From Macrostomum lignano (lineage: Eukaryota): a stretch of 64,000 bases of DNA. The notes under the pieces were generated by a model that saw only the letters and a program-made list of their open reading frames with translations, did no database searches and was not told the origin of the DNA. Made by a program: the position numbers and the translations under genes. Of the stretch, positions 14,927 through 27,331 are shown piece after piece. Every line of letters begins with the position of its first letter. Position 1 is the stretch's first letter. Location of the stretch: contig NIVC01000594.1 of assembly GCA_002269645.1 (NCBI GenBank), positions 124,001 through 188,000 on the forward strand, given 5' to 3'.

Positions 14927-17900
14927 GCGAGAACTGGAGCAGCAGCTGCTGGTACCGCAGCCACCACGCCCGTGGCCGCAGCCACATCCTGACGGTGCTG
15001 GCTGATGTCGACAGTGCGACGAGGAGCAGCAGGCCGGTTGATGATGTTGGCTACAGCAGCTCCTACCGCCGCAGCCGCCGCTACAGCCACCGCCTCCACA
15101 GCCACCGCTTCCACAGCCACCACTGTTGCAGCCGCGACCGCCGCAGCCACTGCCGCCGCAGCCAGGTGTGCACAGGCGCATCAGCTGCCGCAAACAGTCC
15201 GACGATAGCCGGTGCCCGCCAACTGGACTGCCGCAGACGCAGCCGAGATTCGCTGCCACGGCGCCGGCGCAGTCCAACGCCTGCCGAGACGCCTGCGGGA
15301 GGTCAGCGGGCAGCCGGTCTCCGTCTCGAAAGTAGCTGTCTTGCAAAGCCTGGCTGGCGGTTGCCTCTGCTGCTTTTGCGCCGTCAGGGCCTGCCTTTGC
15401 GCCGATGCCGCCTGACGGCTGCGAGTAGCCTGGGGGCCGCTGGAGCTCTTCGTACTGCCGATTCTGGGGACGGTTTTCGATTCTGAGTTAGGCTTTCGTC
15501 CGGGCTTGAATTTTCTACGACATAACTTGGAAAGAGTTTCCAGTTATAAAAGTGCATGATTATTTAACATTTAATTTAACATTAAAATTTAGCGCAAGTG
15601 CAGCTTGAATTGCATGTACTTCGTACACATACATTTACACATACATTTACACATACATTTACACATACATTTACACATACATTTACACATACATTTACAC
15701 ATACATTTACTCATAAATTTACACATACATTTACACATACATTTACACATACATTTACACATACATTTACATATACATGTCAGAAATCAATCTCGAGCTC
15801 ACCTTAAGACGATCTTTGGCATCTCCGCCGCCTGCCTGGGCCGCCGCTGCAGCTGCCGCCGCTGCTGCCTCCCTAGCCGCCAAAGACATTGGTGTCGCAG
15901 AGCTGTCCGACTGTGCCGACGTTGCCGACTGTGCCGACAGTGCCGACTGTGCCGACGTTGCTGACTGTGCCGACTGGTCTAGCCCGAGACCCGACGCGCC
16001 CGGCGCCACCTCCAGCTCCACTTTTGACGAATCGGACGAGTCCTGAAGCTGTCTGTCAGACCGTCCCGGTGATGTTGGAGTCGATGTCTGCGGCTGGCTC
16101 AGGCTGCTGTTCGAGGTGAAGCTGTTCGACTGCCGGCCGCCCCGCTGCACCTCCAGGATCAGCGCCACGTCGGTAGGTGTGTCGGCTCCCAGCTGCTGCT
16201 GCCGCTGAAAGCTGCCGCGGTCGAGCCGGCTCTCCGCACTCTGCTGTTGTTGGCTTCTAGAATAGTTCGATCTGCTTGCGACTGTCGGTTCAGTCGAAAG
16301 AGAGGGATACCTGGGAATGTCAGTTTAATTGCGGTCTTGTCAATCAATACGAGTTTCAACCTGCTGGGACAGAGAAGAGGGCGGAAAAAATCAAGTATTT
16401 TTTTAACCACGCGGCCACCTCGTGAACAGCCTAAAATTCTAGAAAGTTCTAGAATTCTCTGCCTCCTTGGTAGATCTAAACAGACGCAGCTGTCATAAAC
16501 CCTCACTTCACCCTATGAAACAACGCATTTTTTGCAATAATTCCCTCCCGTTTTGTTTGTCGTTCTCCTTAATCTCTGTCTAATGACTAAAACTAACTCG
16601 GTACTAAATTAAAGCTTTCGGAGTTTCAATCGGTAAGGCCCATTCTCGCAGCATATCGGTGGCACAGTTCAGCTGTCTATGGTCGAAGCACCTCTAGGCA
16701 GCTTTAGGAAGTTGAACAGTAATTCCTCCTTTGGGGCACCGGTTTGATGTCAATGGAGAAAGTTTAAGTAGGCCGTGTCAAAGGTGCTTATTGAAGGCAT
16801 CGAGAGGTATAGTCGTTTGACCATATCCACCAGTTCCTTCACTATATGAATACCCTGGTGTGTTTCCAGTTTAACATGATAGGGCTCGGGACAGACCGAG
16901 ACGGCAGACGGAATTACCTCGCGGTGAACTGAAACCGCGGCCTCTCCCTCCATCGCTCCACCGCCACCGACTCGGCAGAAGACGACGACGAGTCTTGAAT
17001 CTCCGTTGTCGACGACGACCTTGCCAACAGTTGCTGGCGAATCGCCGAGCTGACCGGCGATGCGGTCACGTTGCTGATTTTTGCGGATGCAGCGTCAGCC
17101 GACGACTTCAACGGCGTGATTGTCGAGCTGCCGCCACGGCCGCCGCTGCTGTTCCCGTTCCAGGCGGCGTTGTTGGAGGCGAAGCTGCCGCCGCTCAGCC
17201 ACTCGCGCTCCTCGGCGGTGCAGAGCTGGATGTCTTTCAGATCCTCTCGATATCTGGCGGACTCCGTCGGAAGCTCGTCGGTGTCATGCGTCGGCACGGC
17301 GAAGCTAACCGAGGCCGCGCAGCTGCGGCTGTTGAAGCCCCCGTCGATGCTGCAGTCGCCCAGGAAGTCGCGAATCACCGGGTCCTCCATCAGGAAGTTG
17401 TTGTCGATGCTGAGGCTAAAGCTGCGGCTGCTGCTCAGCGGCTGATCAACTGGCAGTGGCCTGTCCGAGCTCGGGTTCAAGCTGAAAGCGACCGACTCGC
17501 CTGACGGAGTCATCGGCGCCACGCTGATGCGCTCCAGGTGCACGCTGGGCAGCCTCGGCAGGCTGGAAGAGCCCGAGGTGGAGCCGGCCGTGGCCTGCGC
17601 GCTTCGCGACATCACCGTGGTAGACGAAGTCGGCACTTGGTCGGCAAACGCCTCGGCGGTGCTGAGCTCGGCCAGCTCGGCCGATGACTGGCTGCTGCAC
17701 ATCGCGTGGACATCTGTTTCCGTCACCTGGGAGCTGCTGTCTCCGCTCAGCGATCTGGTGCCCATCGTTGAAGCCGCGACTTCCTCGGCGATCGGCTCGA
17801 GCGCGGCTGCTCGACCGAGAGTGAACTGATGACGCTGGATGCCGTCGCAGCGTTCGGCCCCAGCCGCGGTTGCAGCAGGCTTGGCGGCGGCTGCCGCGGC

Positions 17901-18059
17901 CGCGTTGATGCGCCGGCGGACGCGGATTTTGCGCAGAGCTGCGCTCGCCTTGCCGTAGGGCGTGGCTGTTGTTGCCTTGGCTGCTGCCGCCTGCTTTTTA
18001 CCGCCGCCTCCTTGGTCTTTTTTGATCTCAGATTCCTGTGCAGTCCTGCGGCTCCACAT
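14471..18059 (-). CDS. Uncharacterised low-complexity protein with C-terminal Cys/Gly-rich domain (about 862 aa, 3 exons)
   Basis: Phase-consistent exons 18059-16918, 16256-15803, 15463-14471. The last acceptor has a ctaac branch-like motif about 25 nt upstream. Third-position wobble in GGN/TGY codons supports the Cys/Gly frame. No known domain recognised. Confidence 0.6.
15621..15775. repeat. 12-bp tandem repeat in an intron
   Basis: (cacatacattta)n. Confidence 0.9.
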
Positions 18060-18278
18060 GTCTGCACTGACTGAGCTCAAGGTTACTGATCGAATTCTCT
18101 CGCCTCTGCTTGTAATGCAGCATGAGAGCTTCTCGTGAAGAATTTGGGGTATTGCAAGAATTCAGAGCCTCAGTGTCTCTGGCCCAATCCACGGGTCTTA
18201 ATAAACTGGGTCCACTCGAGATGCCCCATTCGTTATACCTGCGCAAAGGCATAGCAAAGACTTTAACTGACCTACAGA

Positions 18279-18668
18279 CACGGATGAATGAATAGAATGG
18301 ATTGCTATTCTGGCTCTGGCTATTTTCGTTTTTGACTCTTTTGCATCCGGTTCCCCCCCGTGCCTTTTCATTGGTTGATGATTGCCATAGACAATTTTCG
18401 GCCTTCGCCCCTTTCTTTCGATGCACAAGCGAAAAGAACTGAGAATGTCAGTTACTTGCAGAGAATATCGAGCGCTCGTAGGTCTTCCCCCTTTATTTCA
18501 AAACACGAGCGAAAGCGCTTGTGCATCGAAAGAAAGGGGCGATGGCCGAAAATTGTCTATGGCAATCATCAACCAATGAAAAGGCACGGGGGGGAACCGG
18601 ATGCAAAAGAGTCAAAAACGAAAATAGCCAGAGCCAGAATAGCAATCCATTCTATTCATTCATCCATG
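18279..18668. mobile_element. 390-bp hAT-like foldback MITE
   Basis: Near-perfect inverted arms of about 150 bp (18279-18430 and 18517-18668), termini CA(C/T)GGATG, 8-bp TSD cctacaga at 18271-18278 and 18669-18676. Confidence 0.88.
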
Positions 18669-20120
18669 CCTACAGAAGAATGCTAAACATTTCCTGGAAG
18701 GAGAAGATCTACTAACGACTGGATTAAAAAGGAAGTGACAAGAATCTTTGGAAAGGAGGTGGAAGGCTTTGTAGATCTGATGAAGGGAAAAAATATTCGG
18801 GTATGTTGCGAGTTTGATGGAGTGCTGAAGACTGTGGTTGAAGGTGTGTTGAGGGACGAATGGACAGAGGCAGGCCACAAGGTGACTGGACGTCATGGAC
18901 AGGTAATCTGAAGGAGTGGAGAGGCTGTGTGCATCAGAGCAGGATGACGAAGGTGGAGAATCGTGGCTGTCGAGAAATGGGTGGCAAGGGGGGGGACAAG
19001 CCTGCTGACGCAAGGGGCGCCATATGCTTTACCAGCCTACCAATTGGGGGTCCGTGGCCCCCCTGCCCACGCCCCTGACTGTAGCATAATTGGAGTACCC
19101 ACTTTTAACTCCCGGTAAGTTCTGGAGAAGAGAAGAAGAGAGGAATATCCAGCATTTTTATCAGTCATGGTTGTGTCAATTGACTTTTAGCTGGTGTATG
19201 GATTTGCCAGGCAGCTCAGAGCAGCTGGGAGTTGAAACTATATTAGCTGCGGCTTTCCTGGGACACTCTCTCTGACAGGCTAGCCAGTAAATATCTGAAA
19301 ATCTGTGCGACATGTTTAGGTAAACGTCGCCTTCTGCCTTTGTACTCCTGAGAGGAATTTGTGTATCTCCAGCTCCACTGAAGTGTTGGTGCCAAATACT
19401 GACCATCGTCAATGATCTTGTCTACAGTCGAAGGCTTCTATTCTTGGTTAGCTCTCCTTCTGCCGCACTCAATATGGCCTGTACAGAGTTACCTGTGTTT
19501 GCTTCCTCTGTGCTATGTTACATGTATGTCGCTTCTTCAACCGCATTGTTCTGCCTTGCACATCAAAATCGTCTATCTGCAGCAGCCAAACGACCTGATA
19601 CCAGGAATTCAAAAAACTGGTCATTTCCTAAAAACCCGTTCACCGATTTTTAAACCGGATTTCCAATATCAAATAGTAAAACAGTTTTTTTTACTACGAG
19701 CCAAAACGTCATTCGGAATTTTTAATAATTGAAATTAACTCAGTTTTGTTTCTAATTAAATAAGATTAATCATATTAAAATTACATTGCAGATATCCAAC
19801 TTATGCTGATGTAACTATAGAAACCTTCCATTTTTGTCAAATGTGAAATTTAGTAGTCTAGCTGATGATATATCGATATTGAACTATTTATTAAAATTAA
19901 ACGAATTTATGAATTTATGCCCATCTATTGCGGGCCTGCAAATTTATTTAAGTATTAGTCATTTAACCTGTAGCATCGTGAATACGAGTAAGCCAAAGTA
20001 ATCGGAGTGTAAACTCATTTTTTCCTGTATTCTTGGCTCTTAACCAATTCTACTTTCTGTCAGACTCAGACCGTGTATTCGTAACAACTCAAAATACAAG
20101 CGAATATAATAAATTAGCAA

Positions 20121-20470
20121 ATGAAACACACATACACAGAAAACCACAGACACACAGACACCCACAGACAGACACACAGACATTCACAGACAGACACACA
20201 GACATTCACAGACAGACACACAGACATTCACAGACAGACACACAGACATTCACAGACAGACACACAGACACCCACAGACACCCACAAACAGACACACAGA
20301 CACCCACAGACACCCACAAACAGACACACAGACACCCACAGACATCCACAAACAGACACACAGACACCCACAGACATCCACAAACAGACACACAGACACC
20401 CACAGACACCCACAAACAGACACACAGACACCCACAGACACACAGACACCCACAGACAGACACACAGACA
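20121..20470. repeat. Compound (CAGACA)-type simple repeat
   Basis: cacagacacccacagacagaca variants; abuts the 3' end of the LINE. Confidence 0.9.
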
Positions 20471-20483
20471 ACACAACAACAAA

Positions 20484-22900
20484 ATACGCTGTCAGGATGG
20501 CAAAAGTCAGCGTCACAGGGCGCGCTTCATGGTTTGGGCGCGAACAAAGGCCGCGCCACCGGCAGTGTCCGGGGCGCCGGCGTCAGCCAGCAGACAGTCG
20601 ACGTAACGCCGAGTTCGCGCTTGACCTCGCCGGTAGGGTGCCTGCAGCGTGAGCAGCAGCACCTCCTGCACCGGCTGTGGGCAGTACGACTCGGCGCGGA
20701 TGAGATGGCCTGCGAGCTGGAGTCGCCGACGGCGCAGTAGATCGCTTGGACGTGGCAGGCCAGCGCGGCGATAGAGTGCCGCGTTGTTGACTCGCTCGAC
20801 GCCGATGTTGAAGGCGGCGTGCAGCAGGCCAGCGTGCGCCGCATCGACTTGCTGTTCGAGTGAGTCCGTCAGCGTCCAGGTCTCGGCGTTGTAAAGCAGG
20901 ACGGTCTCGATTAGCGCCTGGAACAGCGCCGCCCTCTGGCGGTCCGGTAGGGCCTCGGACTGCAGGACTGCCCTCACAGAACGAAAGGCAGCCCAGGCAA
21001 GCCCGCGGCGGCGTCGCAGGTCCTCGCGAGCGTCTGGAACCAGACCGTCGAGGTAGACGAACTGCTGACATCGCGGGAGCTCGGTCGCCTGCCCGTCAGC
21101 GCCTCGGCAGAAGATTGCAGCCTCGGTGTCGTCCGGCACGCATAGCACGACGGTCTTCTGCGTGTTGACCACCAGGCCGACGCTCGCCGCAACGGCAACT
21201 AGCCTGTCCAGCTGCCGTTGGGCGCCCTCGACGGTCGAGGACAGCAGGGCGAGGTCGTCGGCGTAGCCAAGCATGCTGAGCCGCTTCTCCGGTTGACGTC
21301 GACCCACACATCGCCGCAGCAGAAAGCCGTCGTCGTCGGTAGGAAGAGCAGTCCGCAGCACCCAGTCAAGCACCAGAACGAACAGAAACGGCGCCAGCGT
21401 ATCTCCCTGAAGTACTCCGGAGGATGTCTCAAAGGAGTCCGATAGGCCGTCCGGTGTTGTCACAGCAGCTGTCGTATCACGGTACATCGCCATGATGGCG
21501 GAGATCAGCTGCTTAGGCACGTTGTACGCGCGGAGCACCATTGGAAGCACGGCTCTGACAACCGAGTCGAATGCCTTCTTGAAATCGATAAAGATTAGAA
21601 TCAGGATCGACTGGCGAATCCGCGCCTCCTCGATGACTCGGCGAAGAGCCAGGATCTGCGCCACTGTGCCGCGATGGGGCCGGAACCCGTTCTGCTCTGG
21701 GCGCAGGTACGGATCCAGCACGGGCTGCAACCGCGAAAGCAGCATCCGGTTGAACAGCTTCGCTGCACAGGACTGAAGGCAGATGCCTCGATGGTCTTCA
21801 AGCCTAGTGGTGCCCGGCTTCTTTGGAACAGCGACGATGTGCGCCGTGGTCCATTCATTGGGCGCCGCCTCACCGAAGAGCACGCGGTTCATCACTCTGG
21901 CGACCTCAGCGGCCACACAGGGGATGCGCAGCGCCTCGATGGGCACCTCGTCCGGACCCAGCGCTTTCCCGCCCGGTGACTGCTGGGCGAGCTTGACAAC
22001 GTCGGCTGCGTTGACTGGGGCTACGCTGAAACTCTCCTCTGCCGGCAACGGAGTCTCCGGCGGCAGCGTCAGACTGTCTGGCAGCGGGGGTGGCGGCGCG
22101 TTGACGATGGCGGCGAAGAACTCGCGCAGCTCGTTCCTGCGCTCGTCCGGAGTGTCACCAGCCAGGTTCAGCAGATTGCGCCGCTTTCGCCCCGTCAGAG
22201 CGTTGATGGCGGACCAGGCCACGCGCCCTCTGGCATCGGGCCCAGCGGCAGAGACAGCCTGAATGGCGTCATCGACAGACGCTTGTTGGCGCTGCAGGTA
22301 GACAGCCGCCAGAGCTGCCTCTGCCTCGCGGGTTGGTCGCCTGCTCAAGCGGAGCCTCTCCAGATCTTCCCTAGCTGCCTGAATCGCGGGGTCGTCCTGC
22401 CAGACCGGCTGCCCACGTTGAGCCGGTTGCATCATCGGACTGCTTGCTCCGCGGCGGTTCTGACTGCAGCGAACACTTCCGCATACTCCGCACTTCCACG
22501 CTTGTCGCCCAGCGCGATGTTAAAGGCGCTAGCAAAGCGACGCTGCATATCGGTGGCTCTGAGCGCGCGGTAGTAGCGCCGCGGTGGCCGTTTCGGCGGA
22601 CGGTAGAGCGGATCGCGAAGGTTGAGGTCGCAGATGAGGAGCCGGAGATCGGACCGCAGAGCCAGCAGCGTGATGGTGCGGCAGTTGACGGCGCAACGAC
22701 GCTCACGGAAACGCACGAGCACGTGGTCGAGCTGTGCTTGTCTCCGGGTTGCGTTCCTGCCACGCGCGTTCCGTCGCCTCCGCTGCAGCCTACGAAGGTT
22801 GCGAGACCACTCAGTGGCTTGCGGAAGCGGGTGTTGGCCGACACCATGTCCTGCCTCTCCAGGAAGTCCTCCAATGCCTCGGTGTTGTTCCCGCGTGGCG
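20484..22900 (-). mobile_element. 5'-truncated RTE-like non-LTR retrotransposon
   Basis: Partial AP-endonuclease in shifted frames ([27 protein letters not shown] in place of SDHR), then the RT ORF; short (TTG)n tail on the minus strand. Confidence 0.85.
20513..22435 (-). CDS. Non-LTR reverse transcriptase, RTE-like (640 aa in frame)
   Basis: [48 protein letters not shown]. Confidence 0.9.
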   Translation of the reverse strand: MMQPAQRGQPVWQDDPAIQAAREDLERLRLSRRPTREAEAALAAVYLQRQQASVDDAIQAVSAAGPDARGRVAWSAINALTGRKRRNLLNLAGDTPDERRNELREFFAAIVNAPPPPLPDSLTLPPETPLPAEESFSVAPVNAADVVKLAQQSPGGKALGPDEVPIEALRIPCVAAEVARVMNRVLFGEAAPNEWTTAHIVAVPKKPGTTRLEDHRGICLQSCAAKLFNRMLLSRLQPVLDPYLRPEQNGFRPHRGTVAQILALRRVIEEARIRQSILILIFIDFKKAFDSVVRAVLPMVLRAYNVPKQLISAIMAMYRDTTAAVTTPDGLSDSFETSSGVLQGDTLAPFLFVLVLDWVLRTALPTDDDGFLLRRCVGRRQPEKRLSMLGYADDLALLSSTVEGAQRQLDRLVAVAASVGLVVNTQKTVVLCVPDDTEAAIFCRGADGQATELPRCQQFVYLDGLVPDAREDLRRRRGLAWAAFRSVRAVLQSEALPDRQRAALFQALIETVLLYNAETWTLTDSLEQQVDAAHAGLLHAAFNIGVERVNNAALYRRAGLPRPSDLLRRRRLQLAGHLIRAESYCPQPVQEVLLLTLQAPYRRGQARTRRYVDCLLADAGAPDTAGGAAFVRAQTMKRAL

Positions 22901-23088
22901 CAGACATTCACAGACAGACACACAGACACCCGCAGACACACAGACACCCGCAGACACACAGACACCCAGACATTCACAAACAGACACACAAACACCCACA
23001 AACAGACACACAGACAACCACAGACACCCACAGACAGACACAGACACCCACAGACAGACACAGACACCCACAGACACACAGACACAGA
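22901..23088. repeat. Compound (CAGACA)-type simple repeat
   Basis: Same repeat family as 20121-20470; lies between the LINE 5' junction and the caspase stop. Confidence 0.9.
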
Positions 23089-23100
23089 CAAGCAATCTAC

Positions 23101-23917
23101 TTAAAAGAAGTAGAACTTTTTGTTTAAGCGATTAATCGCGTGCGGAGTCTGAAGATTGCCGAAAGCCTCGCGAACAATTCGCCTCACCTCCACCAGCATG
23201 TCGGCCACATGCTCAGTCTCGAAGCGTGATTCAAACACCAACACCAATGTCTGGATGAACAAACTCCCTTTACTCTGGTTTCTCACGCTTAGCTGCCCAG
23301 GTGTCGCCGAGTGGGCTATCAGAATGTCATCGCAGCCCGTGGCCACCTCCTGGACGCTGATCTCTCGTTTATTTCGTTGACCTTTTTCAGGAGCCTGACG
23401 AACTGATCAGCTTCCACCGGAGTCGGGCCCTTGGATCCTCCGAGATCTAGCGTGTTGCTGCCACAGCAGAAGTAATTCCGTTGCGTATTTTCCTTGTTGG
23501 CGGCCCGGCAAGCCTGGATGATGACCAACTTGGGCTTGCCGGCCAGCTTGCAGCTGAACAGCTTGAAAATTTCAGCCTCCTTGACTTGTCTGCTGTCGCT
23601 GCCTATGATGCAGTCTTTTTCGCCGTGCGACAGAATGCAGAGTACGCAGGAGTCATATCTCTCCGATTGTTGAAGGAACTGACTGCAGTCGGACAGAATT
23701 TCGTCAGCTTCGAGATCCTGCCTCACCGTCACTATGTACCCAAATGCTTCGAACAACAATCGAAGACTTCTGGAGTCAATTTCAGTTCCAACTCGCACCG
23801 AGTGCAATTGGGTGTTGAAAAAATGGCGATTGCTAATTATGAGACAGTGGCCCCCCGCCTATCGCGACTCACATTGTACGCTTCGGTAAAATTAATGCTC
23901 TGATGTACGTATGACAT
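23101..23917 (-). CDS. Short-prodomain caspase, apparently intronless, with two 1-nt frameshifts in homopolymers
   Basis: AYNVSRDRRG/GHCLIISNRHF..RVGTEID, CILSHG, KPKLVIIQACRA; p10 DDILIAHSATPGQLSVRN..GSLFIQ..RLNKKFYF. Adding one base to the G6 run (about 23851-23856) and one to the A5 run (about 23383-23387) gives a single 272-aa ORF. May instead be a pseudogene or contain a tiny intron. Confidence 0.85.
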
Positions 23918-24544
23918 ACGCAGTCATACGCACAGGCACTCACTCATACAGGAGTGTACAGCGCCCTAACTCTATTTATAGTTAGGCATGTTTAATTTAG
24001 TTCCAAATCAATATGACTACTGGGCTAACTCGTACGGGCCCCAGTAAGTGGAAGTTCTAGACTTCTCTGGTTCCACATTGAAATGGCCAAAAGTAAGTAA
24101 AGATAGTTATTAAATGAGTCCATAATTGTTTTGCTCCAACGAATTCTAGCCCAGAACAGCAGCCAAACGCTAAACTGCACCACTAAGATGCCAGAAGCAG
24201 CAGACTGACTGTGCCTATTCTGTGTATTTTCAATGCAGACACGCAAGAAAAAAACTGGCTGATTCCTCGATTTCCAACAGCAATCATCAAGCACTTCGCA
24301 CACGAGAGGCATGGTCGGGAAACACAGATAAAAGAAAATCACTTAACCAAAATGTCTGCGAATCTTTCTAATAAATCAGAAGCTACCGTATACGCTAAAC
24401 AGGCAACTGTTCTACTTGTAAGTAGTATCTAACAAACCATACAATGTAGGTAAAATTAAAATTGCTTAGTTGCTCAAGTAAAATAATGTGGTCACCTCAC
24501 GCCTAAATATATAATAATAATAATAATAGTATATAAAAAAAATG

Positions 24545-24637
24545 NNNNNNNNNNNNNNNNNNNNNNNNNNNNNNNNNNNNNNNNNNNNNNNNNNNNNNNN
24601 NNNNNNNNNNNNNNNNNNNNNNNNNNNNNNNNNNNNN
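24545..24637. other. Assembly gap (N run)
   Basis: Run of Ns; truncates gypsy copy 1 inside RT. Confidence 1.
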
Positions 24638-27331
24638 GGAATGCTCCAGTCACGGACTTCCTTGATCTTCTCCGGGTCGACATCGATTCCGTCCTTTGAC
24701 ACGACGTGGCCAAGGAATTTGACCTCATCGGCCAGGAATCTGCACTTAGATGGCTTTAGCCTCAAGTTGGCTGCGCGCAGGCGCTGGAATACCGCCTCGA
24801 GATTCGTTAGATGCTCGCTGACAGTTCGGGACCAAATGATGATATCGTCGATGTAGACGAGCGCCATTTTCCACAGAAGGTCGTGTAGTACCATATTCAT
24901 CAACCTTGTGAATGTCGCCGGCGCATTGGTCAATCCGAAGGGCAGCACCTTGAACGCGAATTGCCCCCGATGCGGAATGACAAAAGCAGTCTTTTCTTGA
25001 TCCTCCCTTTTGACCTTAACTTGCCAATAGCCGGAGCACAGGTCGAGCGTCGAAAATACAGCCGCACCTCCGAGCGCTTCAAGTGCGTCATCGACACGCG
25101 GGATTGCTATGGCGTCCTTGACAGTTCGTTGATTCAACTCCTGTAGTCGACACACAGTCGCAGTTCCCCATTCTTCTTACGGACACAGACCACTGGCGAA
25201 CTCCACGGCGATTGGGTCGGTTCAATCATCTTCGTTGCCAAAAGCTCGTCGATTTGTCGGTCGACTTCGCCGCGCCAATGTGGCGGTAGCCGTCGCGGAG
25301 GCTGTTTTACGGCTGTTCCGGTGGTCTCAATTTCATGCTGCACGATGTCCGTCGTCCCGAGGCGCGCTGTACTCTCTGCGAAAACATCTGCGTATCGATT
25401 CACCAATCTTAGGAAGCTCGCTTTGTCTGCCCCCGTGAGCTGCTTGGAGCCGTGCTGGTTCAGTGCCGCCTCTGGTCCCATGGATCGCAGCTGGGTCGTA
25501 AAACCGACGCTTGCTCTTCGATGCTGGCTACCAGAACCTCTTGAGCCGGATCTGATGGTCGAAACCAGCCGATGACAGCTCCCTTCCGCAGCCGCAGCTC
25601 GGAGTCCGTGACATTCGCGAAGTGAACTGGTAGGGTGTTGCCCTGCTGGATGAGGCAGACGCTCCTGGCTAGCATTGGTCTCTCATCGCTCTTCAGTTTT
25701 TCGTCTGGCTCGGCGACGCCGAGCACTCCGGAATTCTGTGTCGCTGTTCTCGAATCCTGGCTGAGACGGTCCGTTCGTGATTGGCCGGAATGATCAAGTT
25801 TTCGTTCAGGTACAACCGGCAGACGACTGGTTTGTGCTTGGTCTCTCGGATTGGCACACGTGAACCGTTCACGCGGAAAACTCCTCCGGCGAAATCGATT
25901 TGGCACCGGTGGCGGCGTAAGAAGTCGGTGCCTAGCAACAGTTCGTAGCCGACCCCTTGGACCACCGCAATTGGCGTCTGTAAAGTTTCTGATCCGAACT
26001 GTAGGGGAAGCGACGCGCATCCTAACACATTCATGGGAGTTCCGTTCGCTGAGATCAGGTGGGTTTCCGAAGGGCTGAGTTCAACTCGAACCGACTTGCT
26101 CAACTGCCGCCAGGTCCTCTCGTTCACCAGCGACATGACCGAGCCCGAATCCAACAGACACGGCAACTCAATCTCGCCAATTTTTACCGACACGTAGATT
26201 GACACGGGATTAAAAGCTGTTGCAGGTTGATCTCTATCTCTTGAGCAGTCCGCCGGCATCCTGCTGCACGTCGCTCCGGGGCTGCATCTTCGTCTCGGGT
26301 TGGGGCCTCTACTGTCTCGGCGGAACTCCCTCGCCCCTGCGGAAGTTCCCCTTGCCGTTTCCCTGTTGCTGACGGGTTGGGCAGTTAGTCGCGATGTGCC
26401 CTGGCTTGTTGCAGAAGAAGCAGCGAATTCCTCCCGTTCGTCGAGGCTTCTGATGGTCGCCTTCGTCGGAGTCGGTCGGTCGAGCTGCGGCGCTGCTATG
26501 CGGTTCCGCTATCAGCGACTCGAGCTGAACCACTTTGCCTTGAAGCTGCCTCACCAGTTTCTTCAACTCCTCGAGCTCTTTGTCCTTTTCTTGGGAGTAG
26601 GCTCCATCCTCCCGAGGCACAGATTCCGCCGCGCCGCTCACCACGAAGACTCCTCGGTGGCCGCTGCCAGTTGCTCCAGCCGATCTCGGTCCCTTCGCCG
26701 CCTTGGACGCCGCCTCGAGCTGCCTCACCGCGCGTTGTGCTGCCACCAGACCTTCGGGCTGCTGCAGGTAGAGCTTCTCTCGCTGGAGGTCGGAGAGTCT
26801 CACCCCTTGCATGAAGCGATCCTTCGCGAGGTCGTCCTGCAGCTCGGCAGTTGCCGCCGGGTAGGCACAGCGCACCAGTTCAAGGAGAGCATCTGCGTAG
26901 GCCTCCAACGACTCGCCATCCTTCTGATCTCGGGTTTTTAGCTCGACCTTGCTGTCCTGCTCTGTCCGGTACGGGAGAAGCGAGCCTCCAACCGGGCGGT
27001 GAATCCCTCGTAGTCCAGCGGATCCACAGGATCGTCGGGTCCCGGCAGGTTCAGATTATCGACCGCAGCGTACGCCGTAGCGAGATCCAGCATGCTCATC
27101 AAGTGCTCGCGGCGATGCTCCTCGTCAATCTCGGCGGAGTCGCAATAAGCGTTGAAAGAGCGCAGCCAGAGTCGAAAATTCATGCTTGACGTGTACTTCA
27201 CGGGCTTCGGGAGTCTCGGTGGCTGGGCTGGTCCATCCGCTCGCAGACGCTCGGCTAGCAGCCGAATCAGTTCGTCCACATTCGCCATGACAGCTCACAA
27301 GCAAACTGAGCAGTCCCTGTTCGGGCGCCAA
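24638..27331 (-). mobile_element. Ty3/gypsy internal region, copy 1 (gag, protease, partial RT), cut by the gap
   Basis: Nearly identical to the corresponding part of copy 2. Extra 1-nt deletions near 26972, 26256, 25751 and 25474, and one synonymous SNP (25709 vs 33587). Confidence 0.93.
27313..27330 (-). promoter_or_regulatory. Primer binding site, tRNA-Lys(UUU), copy 1
   Basis: TGGCGCCCGAACAGGGAC, 1 nt after the LTR end. Confidence 0.92.

Noticed and set aside
19010-19085. Short GGGGCG...CGCCCC element as a MITE
   Set aside because: Inverted match too short and no TSD.
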